From the human T2T-CHM13v2.0 reference genome, Homo sapiens: a stretch of 64,000 nt of DNA. Under the pieces are notes generated by a model, which worked only from the letters and a program-made list of their open reading frames with translations, did no database searches and was not told the DNA's origin. Location: NCBI RefSeq assembly GCF_009914755.1, contig NC_060927.1; one strand, 5' to 3'. Of this stretch, positions 51,723-64,000 are shown in pieces; position 1 is the first letter of the stretch, and every line of letters begins with the position of its first letter. A program made the position numbers and the translations under genes.

Positions 51723-53203
51723 CTCAGCGTACCAGAATCTCATGTGTTACTTGGTGCTGGTAATCATAGAGAGCAGTTGCCATAGTGTATCATAATGCCA
51801 GTAAGTACTTGGCTCTGATCTTAGAAGAAACCAAGTTCAGTCCCTGTTCTGCAGCCTCTTATAACGGTGGCCTGTCTCCAGGCCTCTCTTTTCCATCATT
51901 AAATGAGGAAGAGCATAGCTCTTGTCTGTGGGTTATATGAACCAGCCCCCAATAACCATTTTTACTTTGTAGAGAGCCTAACCTTATTATGTACTCAGTA
52001 AATGATGGTTATTATTGTCATTATTTTACATGGCTCTAAAGAGGATACATAGGGGTTATCTTTTGAGGAAGGGAGAGTCAGAGTTGATTTGTAGTTTTGT
52101 AAACACTCTTTTTTCAAAGCTGAGCAAATCTCTGCCTAAGTTGAATGATTATGGCTTTGTTTATCCTTCTCTGACAGGACTTTCTAGTTTCAGTCAGTGG
52201 GTAATGTAGAACATATGTCTGGTTTGGATTTCCCGACAAACTTTCAATTAAAATACCAATGTCCCACCAGGAAGAACCGTATCTGGAGCCCCTTACCTGC
52301 CATAAACTTTATCTACATTGTGTTCTCATTCCCAACTTCACTGTAGACATCATGATAGCCCTATCTCCTAAGAAACAATGTGAAAAATAATTAAAATAGT
52401 TTCACACCAGAAAGAAAAGCACACCAAACTCAAATTTAGTGGACCTGTTAGAAATATGTTCTCCAAGTTTTGCTTGAGTAGCTTTCAGATTACTCCCTTT
52501 CACGCTTCCTAGTATATATATTGACGCATTCACTATGTGCCAAATTACAAACCTGAAACATTTAGAGAAAGACAGAAGTAGGGTACTTTAGCTGCCAAAG
52601 AGACAGGTGCAAAGGCTCATGAATATTAGTTGAGGAGCTGCGGTGCATATAACATGAAAGTACTGCCTGCAGGCATTCTGTGATTGGGCAGTTTAATGTC
52701 AGTGGGAAACGGAGGGTGTCACTGGGGAGTTAAAAACAACAGCAGTTCACCCCAGAAGGGCTTAAAACAGATAGTCTCCAGGAAACTGTGAAATTATGAC
52801 TGAACGTAGAAAGGGCAACCTCTCCACTTTGGTCGTACTTTTGTTTAGATGAGAAGGAGGATGGTTTGGCTCTTGGGAGCGTTGGAGAGATAGCTGGGGA
52901 AAGAAACGGTGGTTTCTCCCAGTCCCACAAAAGGTTGGACAACTCTGGATTATAGTACTCTTAATACATGACAACTAAAGCGTCAGAAGCCAAAGCAGAT
53001 CTTCTAGATCATTTATACCTCCTATTAAACAGAAAAATATATCCCTATGAGCATGGATAATGGGAGACACTGTTCATTCAGAGCATAAAAGAGAGGCATT
53101 TCCAGCATTTGATTTCAGAGCCATGCAAGTGCTCTTTTTTCCTTGGTTATCAGCTCTGGCAGCCACCTGGTGCTTAAAACAGCCTGATGTGGTTGCTGAA
53201 ATT

Positions 53204-53390
53204 ACCCTTCTATGCCCTCCTTAAATAGTGGCTCATGATTGTAGATCACCTGCATCTGTAACCCAGGGTGCAACATTCTAATGCATATGCCTGCACCCCG
53301 TCCCCAAATCTATGTAATCAGAAAGTTTGGGAAAGGCCACGGAATCCTATAGTCCTCATTTTTAACTGGCTCTCTGGGAGATTCTTTATG
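53204..53390. mobile_element. MER5-type hAT MITE
   Basis: AGTGGCTC...ATCACCTGCATC...ATGCATATGCCTG.ACCCC...AATCAGAA...TTTTAAC...GATTCTT. Confidence 0.55.
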
Positions 53391-53892
53391 CGTACAAAGA
53401 ATACACAAATGCATATTGAAGGCATTAGCACTGCTTTTGGTTAACGGTCTTTTCAAAAGGCCACCATTAAAGTGTATGAATTCCAGCTTGAATCTAACAG
53501 TCTCCAGAATGACTTAGATTGTAGTTATATATATTTTTTTACAACAAGAAACTGTCCTGTAGTGGGGAAGGGCCTGGACAACACACATGATGGAGTTTTC
53601 CATATGCATCCAGAAATACCAGAAGGGGTACAGTTCAAGGAAGCAGATTTTTAGGGAGTAGTTGATCCCGGTGGTGTTCAGGTTGAAGTACAGACACAAA
53701 AATGAACAGTAAGTCCACAGAGAGAAGGCTTTTGCCTGCCACATTGCTGAAGACCAGTCTTACTTGTATGTATTCACACACACACAAGTACATTTGGAGA
53801 AATGTCAAAAAGAAATAAGAATAGAACGAAGACCAATGACATGAAGAAATAACTCACTGAATAAATTGGTGTGTACCTTTCTATGCATATAG

Positions 53893-54501
53893 TGTTGATC
53901 AGGAGTTTCTTAGGTACAGCTGATAACAACTGCAACTCAGATTTGCTTAAATGAAGGCAATCATTAGCTCTCATATCTGAGAATCTTAGGGATAAAGCTT
54001 GCTTGGGACGGAACTTGTTCCAGAGCTGAAACGATGCCATCAGAACTCAGTCTGTCCCTATCCTTTAATTTTGCTCTTTTCTGTTTTGGCTTCATTCTCT
54101 TTTTAGGTTCTCTCTCTCTATGTGGGAGTCTTTGGAAGCTCCAGGCTTCCTTCTGTAAGCAATTCTAGACTACAAAAGGGTTTTTTCCTTGTAGTTTTAT
54201 GAAAAGTCCTGCAATGGAGTCTCATTAGCCAGGCTTTGGTCACCCATGCATGGGAACCAATTTAACCAAGAAAATGGAATATTAATTGGTCAGGCCAATT
54301 GATAATGTATAAATAAGTATTAATAACTTATCAATGCTAAGCAGTGTCATCTGCTACTCCTGACCTGTGCAGAGGATTTTAGTCTATCCAAACCACTTGA
54401 GTTGAAAGAGTAGGAGGGTTGGTTCACCAAAGAAAGAGTAGAATGCTCTTACCTAATGAGGAGCAGTGGATACTGAGGCAAAAATCACAGATGTCTACTA
54501 C
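53893..54501 (-). mobile_element. Old MaLR LTR (MLT1J/K-like)
   Basis: AACTCAGATTTGCTTAAATGAAGG...CCAGAGCT.AAACGATGCCATCAG...ACAGATGTCTACTACA terminus. Confidence 0.65.
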
Positions 54502-54664
54502 ATAGTTATGCCAGTAGGGAAGCACCATTGAGTGAATTAGTGACCCTGATATCTCATTTACATTTCTCTAGCTAAAGCCAATCAATTTTATACATGTATG
54601 TTTCTATGCTTTTATTCTCATGAGTAAACAGTAATGCACCTAAATATAAATCGGAAAGTTTGCT

Positions 54665-54980
54665 GCAGTGGAGCGCTGGGTTGTTAGGGTAGTACACTAC
54701 TCTGTGTGATATTGTAATGGTGGATCCATGTCCTAATACATTTGCCAGGACCACAGCATGTGCAATACGTGATGGACCCTGATGTGAACTGTGGGCTTTA
54801 GTTAATATGCATGCATTCATATTGGCTTATCGATTGTAACAAATACAGCACAGGAATGCAAGATGTTAACAATACGGGAAACTGTGTGGAGAAGGAGTGT
54901 AGGCAAACTCTCTGTGCTCTGCTCCATTTTTCTGTAAACCTCAAACTGCTCTGAAAAAATAAAGTTCTATTAATTAAAAA
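54665..54980 (+). mobile_element. L1MC-type 3' end
   Basis: TGTAATGGTGGAT.CATG...TGTAACAAAT..AGCAC...ATGCAAGATGTTAA...TTTTTCTGTAAACCT.AAACTGCTCT.AAAAAATAAAG. Confidence 0.85.
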
Positions 54981-55094
54981 GATGAAGTTAGCTATAACTA
55001 TTATTAGTCCTCTCTAGAGTAAACATTCCATGAGGGCAGGACAATGTCTGCTTTGCACACGGTTATGTCGCCTCCATGTAATATTGGAATTGGA

Positions 55095-55372
55095 ATCCAA
55101 TCTAGTCCCAGAAACTCGGATCAGAAGCCATTTGGGTCAGAAATGTTTGAGAATTTAAAATGTTTGTAATTTTAGAAGAGAAATATAGCCCACAAAACAT
55201 GCCCAGTGTTACATAATAGCATCCCCAGCTGAGTCTGGGTCAGCACTGCATAATCAAACGCATTTCTAATTCTGCAGCAAAGCATATGAATATTCACATT
55301 GAGTCTATAAATAGTCTCCCATCAGTTCCCATCAGTTCAGGTCAGTTTTTGCCTCCAAATGAGTTACAAAGT
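55095..55372 (+). mobile_element. MER46C-like Tigger MITE
   Basis: CCCCAGC...GTCTGGG.CAGCAC...TAATCAAAC...TCTGCAGCAAA..ATATGAATATTCACA...CAGTTCAGGTCAG.TTTTGCC.CCAAATGAGTTAC. Confidence 0.75.
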
Positions 55373-57248
55373 ATTTGCATTTGTTGGAAATGCTTCTTTC
55401 TTGTCATAACTAGGGCTTGGCGTCAGTATCACCCAATTACTTATTTTTAAAAGAGTCATTAATCCATTGTTCCTGGAATGTGTCAAGGTTTAAGATCAGG
55501 GTCAGAGTAGGATACATTGATACAGCCCCACGGCTGTTCTTTTCCACGCCTAAAAATCCTCGAGCAATGCACAATTTTTCCCCAAGGAGAGACCCTTTTT
55601 AGCTCCCAGCACTTCCCCGTCCTACCACTGTTTCTAAGATCTGGCATTACAAACGATTAGGGCTTCATTATGTGTGGGACAAATGCATGATGGCGGCAGC
55701 ATTATTTTGTTAACAAGAGAACAAAGAAATCGTCTGAGAAGAGTTCACTTCTCATTTGGATTTTTTTCACTTTGTGCCTTCAGACATACACCAGCTGTCG
55801 GTAGACTTCTCTGTTTCTTGCTGTTTAAAATGCTCATTTGAGGGGTTAAAAGAAGGAAGGCGGAAGCAATGACAAATGAAAGTAATGTTTATCCTTTAAG
55901 CAGGCATGTCTGTCTCCTCTAATATTTGCTTTGCCTCTGCTCTATTCAGCTGAACAACCAAATAGAATACTTATTCAATAGAAACGCTGTGTGTTGGCCA
56001 GTTTTTCAAGTAGGCACTTGGGTAAGGCCTTTGAACATGCCTTGCTGTCTGTCTTATAAATACTAACAACACTAAATTGTATTAGTAATGATAGTGTGAC
56101 AGCTGTCCAATCATCATTTCTACAATCAGTGATTGAATTTTAAAGGAATTCTTGCACTCAGGAAAATCACTCTTACAGTATTTCATTTGTTTGTGAATTT
56201 CCTTAGGTTATTGCCCATACGTTTTATGAGTAATTTAGATCCACAGAGATGCTGCTGATCTTACAGTTTTTTAGCCAAAATGCATTTCCCTAATCATTAG
56301 GAAGCCTGGAGGAGAAGGTTCACAGCCAGCAGGACACAGTGTGCCCTACGTGTGCCCTTCTTGGAACATGCTGGTGGTGGAAAGAGTAATGGTTCTTCCC
56401 ATTGGGTTCCCCCTTGGTGTGAGTGGTGAGGGAGAAAGTGAAATATGAGCAGGACACTGAGAGCACACCCAACAACCCAGCTTAGCAGAACTTCCCCTTC
56501 CTTTTCCCTGGTGACTTTGTTCTGCAATCTGATAAAGCAACACGTTCCCACTGATTACACACACGGAGCATTTACTCTCTTGATTGGTCAAGGGCTCTGC
56601 AGGATATAGGCAAAGCCACTCTGGTTTGCACCAGGTTACTTCTGTGCATGCATAACGCAAAAAGCTACCTACCCTCCAGATGTGACCCAGGTACAACTCA
56701 TATCTAAACCCATGCAGTCTTCCCTGGCTGGTATTCTAAGCTTCTATTCAAGCCCTTGTGTTCCCCATTAGGTGTCCTAGAGTTTACTTCCCAAGTGAAA
56801 ATTGTTGCTCTTGAAGTGTTTCTACCCAAGACCAGGTGTTTAATCAAATAGCCCATTTGATGTCATGGGAAGATTGACTGTATATCACAGTGCTGGGTTC
56901 TTGGCTGTTATGGCAGCACTTCATACCTGCCATTAGGATTAAGGGCTTAAACAAGTTTCAGGTGCAACACCTGGGAACACCACAGCAATGACAAGTAGAC
57001 TTGAACCTGGAATTTGTAGTTTTCTAAGATGAAATCATAATATTGCATTTTTGTTCTTTCCCAACAGAGTCAGTTGAATTTGCAACAGATGGAAATACTT
57101 CCAGCAAAAGAAAAGGGTGCTGTTCTAAGGGTCATGCGGCGAAATGTGGCCTTCATCCCACGGAGTAGCCGCAGAGTGATCTAGCACATAGAACAGAACC
57201 CTGCAGGGTAGTTTTTCTTCACTGGGATCCTAACCTGTTTAGAAATGA

Positions 57249-57566
<318 letters not shown>

Positions 57567-57603
57567 TCAATTCATAACTAGTTTTAAAACTTTAGAATGC
57601 ATA

Positions 57604-57965
<362 letters not shown>

Positions 57966-58035
57966 TTAGAATCCAGTAGGTCTGGGAGGGACTCAAGAAT
58001 CTACCTGTTAACAAGCACTCTTAGCTAAGGTCATA

Positions 58036-58379
58036 GAGGTTCAGTATCCCTTATCTAAAATGCTTGAGACTGGAGGTGTTTCAGACTTTGGTTTTTTGTG
58101 GGGGGTGGCAGTGGATTTTGGAATATTTGCATATATATAATGAGATATCCTCAGGATGACACCCAAGTCTAAACATGAAAATCATTAATGTTTCATATAT
58201 ACCTTATACCTATAGCCTGAAGGTGATTTATACAATGTTTTAAATAATTTTGTGCATGAAACAAAGTTTATACTTTGAATCATCTAGCACAGGTGTCACT
58301 ATCTCATGTTGGCACTCAAAAAGTTTTGGATTTTGGAACATTTCAGATTTTGGATTTTTGGATGAGGGATGCTCACCTG
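58036..58379. mobile_element. Tigger4-type (MER46/ZOMBI) MITE
   Basis: TIRs AGGTTCAGTATCCCTTATCT ... GGATGAGGGATGCTCACCTG; TA at the left flank. Confidence 0.85.
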
Positions 58380-60199
58380 TTTCAGCCGGGAGGTTTCTTG
58401 ACACACTTTGAGAAATAATTATTTTAGGTATAGTTTGACTTACCTTTTTACTATGTTGCTTTCTATGAAATGTTTATTTTGAGATTAGATCTACTGCCTG
58501 ACTTGGTCCAGCTCCTAGGATTGTTCACAGATGCCCTGTAAAAATAAAAATAAAAACCAAAAAACTACATTTAGCATCAGTGGAATTTTCCTAGCTCCAC
58601 CCACCCTCTAGCTTCCTGCTTTATGCGTGTTATCTTTTTTTGACCTTTCCCTTGGAATCCAGATTTTGTTCTGTACTTGCTCCTGTGGGCTTGATATTTG
58701 GGCATCTGCCTCACTTCCTTGAGTTAACCATCACCTGAGATTCAGGCTTATTTTTCTCTGCTCAGCCTCAGCCCAGCCCCATCCATTCAGATTCTCTTGC
58801 CCAGCCTCGCTTCCAGCAGCCTGAGTAGTATCCTGCTTGCCTGGGAGGGAAGTTCAGGAAAATGTGGAAGTGGGCCAAATTAATTAAAAGAAAAAAAAAT
58901 AGAGATCATTGATGTTCCAATACAGCAAATAAATTAAGTGACACCCGGCTGCGGAGAGGTGCTTTATTACTCTTTTTCTTAGAGGGTTTTTTTTTTTAAG
59001 TCAAAAAATATTTTGTTTCCATTACAGATGTGGTCATTTTTATTCTGTAACCTAGGAAAATAATATTAAATAATATTTTCTAATGGAAAATTCTATGATT
59101 CTGTGCATCTCTTTCAGTAATCCAAAAATTTCAGATTAGCCCAGAGACGCTATGTTTTACTTCTGGGACCCTTGTTTCTGGTCATGAAATCTGTGCTTTT
59201 TTCTGATAATCCAAAGATTTCCCACTCCTTGTTGAAGCATGAAAGCAGATTTTTTCAGCCTAGTCTTCTCCCTTCCCTTTATGAAGATGGGTTTATCCAT
59301 CCTAATTCAAGATAATTACCGTGGTATGGAACTTTACAGAACACTGGTAGTCTGATAGAAGTTAGCCTAGTGACTGATTGGCAGGTACCTAGTTACCAAG
59401 GAGAAACGAACTCAGGAAATCATGAAATCATGATGTAACAGTATTGGTGCCTGCACTAGATCCTCCAAGCTGTGTGTCAGATCAATGGTCTGGAATCCAC
59501 AAGACTGTAGGTGAGCTCTTGGCAATCTTACTGCTCACTCCCTCATTCCTCATTCCTCCTCTTAACATGATTTTTAGGAATTCCTAGAAGGGTGGAAAAT
59601 CATTGCCTTCCCCTCCTCTAATAATGTGAGCCCATGCCCCTAATTTCTCCAAGGCAGATGATGCCCTGGGGCGACTCTCACCCTTTTGGGGACCCAAGTG
59701 TAAAAACATTAATCCCAACATCCTGTCACTCAAATAAGAAGACATTCATTACTTATAAATAAATGGTAGTGGTTACAGTATAAATGCTATGTATACAAAT
59801 GAAGACAAACTATAACTATAGGTCAGTGGACTATTGTGATCTCTAAGGATGCCTGCTCTTTGTCAATTCAGTGCAGTGCTTGTTGGGGAGGGTGGTGTCT
59901 CACAATTAGCTTCTGGAGTTCAACTACAAGTGTTCTAAGAAAGAGTTAGTTTATGTCAGTCCTAGGCCTTGACACATTCATGTGAGTCAGTTTTATAACT
60001 TTCTGTTCCTGGATGCTTCCCTCTGAACTATTAGTCCAGGCAGGCATGTGCTAAAATTACCTCTCTAAATCTTATCAAGCAAAGATTTGTTGGTTAGACT
60101 TTGCCCCCAAAAAAATGTGTCTAGGAGTGGGTCTAAAACCGGTGTTGGCCGATGTTCTGTTCTTAGGAAATGGAGAGCCAGGAATAGAAGGATCTGTGT

Positions 60200-60371
60200 T
60201 AGTAGTTCTCAAACTTCAGTGTGCAGAAGAATCACCCAGAGAGCTAGGTTAAAGGGCAGATTAATGCACCCCAGATTCTTCTGGCGTAGTCAGTCTGGAC
60301 TGAGGTTTGATAAAACAAGCATGGCATGATAATAATGCAGGTGGTCTACAGTCTAACTCGGAGACGCATTG
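60200..60371. mobile_element. MER5B-like
   Basis: GTTCTCAAACTTCAGTGTGCA.AAGAATCACC...ATGCAGGTGGTC. Confidence 0.7.
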
Positions 60372-61470
60372 TATTATTAAATCTTGTCCTCTGTCATTTG
60401 CTGCGATGCTCTTTACCTCTTTAGACTGAAAATCACAGCCACTCTTCTGGTTACATAGAACAACTTACTGTGATAAAAAAAAAAAAAAGATGAACTTTAT
60501 CTTCTAGGCTTTGAAAACGGTAAATGCAGTCTTTTGTATGTGCCTTCAAGACACTTGAAAGTCACTTTGTGGCTGCCACACAGAGATAGAACAAACTTAG
60601 GGATGCCTCTCCCCCTGTTTCATCTCAGAACGCCTCTCTCAGGACTCTTTGTCTCACCCAGGCACCTCAAGGTTTTGGTGAAATAAAGCAGCTCTTTTTT
60701 CTCAAAAACATTGTTAACCCTGGTCCGAAGGTTTAAAAGCTAGGATATCTGGGTTTTTTTTAATACCTTGATAGCTAAACTTTCTAAAATTTCTCCCTTC
60801 ATCTTTGTGAGCCCAAATAGCTCGTGCACAAAAGCCTGTGGATTTCCTTCGATGAGAACTGAAATACTATTCCCTTTATGCTAATGTTAATTTTCAGGCA
60901 GTGAGCTTGGTTAACTATGAGAAAATAAAAACTTTAGATGGAATGCATTATTTATAGTGAATGCAAAGCATCATTATTATCAATTCTTGTTACAAAATAC
61001 ACAGAAAAAATATCTTTTTGTTATTTAAATATTGCATGGCTACATTGAGAAACAGTACAGATGTTAATCCACAGTCTCTCAGCTGCATCCTGAGTAATCA
61101 TTATTACGTTTTATTCTTATGTGGAATAACTAGTAATAGACTCTATATTTCTGTATGAAATTCAAATCAGGGAACACCAATGAATTGAGATGATTGATAT
61201 TATATATACACACACATAATTTTGGAATTGGGGACAACAATGGAAATATTTCTCTCTTAGAGAAAATCCACCAAACTTGTTGTTTTATTAGTGATCTTGA
61301 CGAATAACATGTTTCATTTACCTAGATGTGCCAAAAATCACTTAATTCTTTACCATTGAAGTGAGCTCACATTTGACCAGTACTTAAATATGTTTTGAAA
61401 ATATCTGTGTAATTGTTAAAAATCTGAAATTGAAATGTAAATATCTGGATTTTGAAATATCCAACTTTAA

Positions 61471-61805
<335 letters not shown>

Positions 61806-62017
61806 ATGTCTGCGTACTTTTATTCCATGATTTTATTTTGTGTGCTTTCATAAATCTTCTCTTTTTTGGTTGTTTTAACTTTTTATTGATGTGGTATTTT
61901 ATAAATGGAGTAAGGAGAGACAGTGGTAGTGGTGATATGATTCATGACATCTTTGAATGCAAATTAAATGTGTAGGTACATGTGTGTTTATGGGAAAATA
62001 TTCCTGGCTGTTTTCCC

Positions 62018-62333
62018 TGTCTTTGTTTTTTGTTGTTTTGTTTTGTTTTGAGATAGCGTCTTGGTTTGTTATCCAAGCTGGAGCGTGCTGGCAATGATCA
62101 TGGCTCACTGCAGCCTTGATCCCCCCAGATCAAGCCATCCTCCCACCTCAGCTTCCTGAGTAGCTGGGACTAGAGGCGCATGCCACCAAGCCCAGCTAAT
62201 TTTTTAATTTTTGGTAGAGATAGGGTCTCCCTGTGTTGCTCAGGTTTGTCTTGAACCCCTGGGCTCAAGCAATCCTCCACGCCTCAGCCTCCCAGAGTGC
62301 TGGGATTCCAGGCTTGAGCCACGATGCCCAGCC
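62018..62333 (-). mobile_element. AluJ
   Basis: J-type motifs; TSD tgttttccc. Confidence 0.92.
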
Positions 62334-62984
62334 TGTTTTCCCATTTTTAACTGATAAAGAATCACTGGCCTAGTCTAATCTTATTGATTTATAGATGAAA
62401 CACTTCAGGCATGTAGAGACTAGGTGATTTTCCTGAGGTCCTGGAGTTAGTATTTGACCCAAGGCATTGAAACTCAGTCCATGGTCTTTCCGAATCCTCA
62501 CCCATCTCTTTCTCACAACAAGATCGTGGGCCGTCCTCAGTCCCCAGTAATAAGATAGAATTCTGTTTGGTCATTTTGTCTTCTTAACTTTTCTTCTATT
62601 TCAACCTTAGCATGAAGTGCTTTTTTTTTTTTTTTTGTCTGAGTTAAATGTTAAATGCCTTAGAAATTACCTTACCAGGCTTCACCTAGATCCCCAAACC
62701 AACTTTATTCTTTTTTCTCAGCACTGATGCACCTGAATGAATTCAGTCTCATCCTATCACCTATCAACAAAAGGCTGGTTATGAAGTTTTTCCAGGATAG
62801 CAGTTGCAATTCTTGCCCTTCAAAATAATCACATATAAGGGGACTGCCAGTTGCAGGGTGATATTTAATATAACTTTACATCATAGCCTCTGGTGATTCT
62901 ATCTTAAAACTCATCAGGCAGTGCCTAAGTAAGCTAATTGAATACATTAAAAATTGAAAAAAATACTTCAAAGTAAAGCAGATT

Positions 62985-63290
62985 CTTATTGATCACCGTG
63001 TGTTATATATACCACTGTACTTGGTACCACAAGAGATACAAAAATAGGTAAGATACAGTCATGCTTTCAAAGAGCTTATAATCCAAACAAGGGAAATTAA
63101 AGTGTACTCTATGTTAGGTGCACTTAGTAGAAAAAGATAAGCGTCTTGGGAAATATAGTTTTAAAATTATATTAAAGAAAAAGGTTGAGGGTCTAGCAGA
63201 GTCTTCCAGGAAAAAGAATTTGAACTTGATTTTGAAAAACGAAAATCACTTCCATGGGCGTAAGCGGCGAGATGCATTTTGAACAATATT
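62985..63290 (-). mobile_element. L2 remnant
   Basis: TTATTGATCACC...CACTGTACTTGGTAC...AAGATACAGTC.TGCTTTCAAAGAGCTTATAATC. Confidence 0.6.
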
Positions 63291-64000
63291 TATTGTGTGC
63301 ATAGTTTAGAAGCATGTGTACTCGACACTGCCACTTAAGGTATGGTTTGTGGATCATTCCAGTCTTTGAACTTTGTTACTGCTCCGTGACAAAATAAGTC
63401 TCATGCATCCAGTTTCTCTTATTGAGAGAAAGCACTTAGAAATGCATGGCTGTTTAACATGGCTTCACCATCCAAGCACATAATCAGTGGACTCAAATCA
63501 TTGCACCTGTTATAGACCAGTTTGGGCGTTACTGAGTCATCTGTGGTACAAGCTATGTGACATTTATGCAAGGTAGACCATATATGGCTTCATAAGACGT
63601 TGGGAAAACAAAGAACCTAGTCCTTCGCTGCAGATAATGTGAGAATAAAGACTGTAGGTTGTTCTTTATTTGCATACATAGTCATTTTGAGGAAGTGTTG
63701 TGTATATTAGCAATACGGAGCTGTTACTCATTATTGACTTATTTACAGTATCGTCCTTGCTTCTTTCTAATTTTATCATCTCATTACAGCACAGAAAAAA
63801 ATGTTAGCTTTATGACACTAGACAGCCATCCACAATGACAGTAGCACAAAAGGGATACGGGAAGCACAAAGTAAAGGGGTAGGCTAAAGACAAGCAGAAC
63901 AATACATAGAGGAGAGAAAGGGAGACGTCAAGCAGCCTGCGCCTGGAAGTTGTTAGTAAAATTAGTGACCAATGTGAAATAAGAGGGCTTATATTTTCAC

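Overview
Primate (human-like) non-coding genomic DNA, AT-rich and CpG-poor, intronic or intergenic. No credible protein-coding gene, tRNA, rRNA or CRISPR array is visible; the supplied ORFs are short and come from Alu, LTR or low-complexity sequence. Much of the window is transposon-derived: about 16 Alus or Alu monomers (many with clear TSDs), old L1M fragments, the extreme 5' end of a young L1PA at the left edge, L2/MIR/L3 remnants, MaLR/ERVL/ERV1 solo LTRs (some nested) and hAT/Tc1-mariner MITEs, including a MADE1. Subfamily names come from recalled consensus motifs and need RepeatMasker confirmation. I find no new gene system. The most unusual signal is structural: three independent 84-122 bp segments have been copied from 0.9-3 kb away and pasted, in the same orientation, into TA/GATA-rich microsatellite patches. 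Two of these copies span transposon junctions, which argues for local DNA-templated insertion. Other observations: a 42-69 bp direct repeat bracketing an L1MB, a CpG-retaining ~97-nt hairpin in apparently unique sequence, an L1 truncated at its YY1 site whose antisense promoter would face into the window, a left-left-right Alu trimer inside one TSD, and a 1.25-kb (TA)-rich tract.
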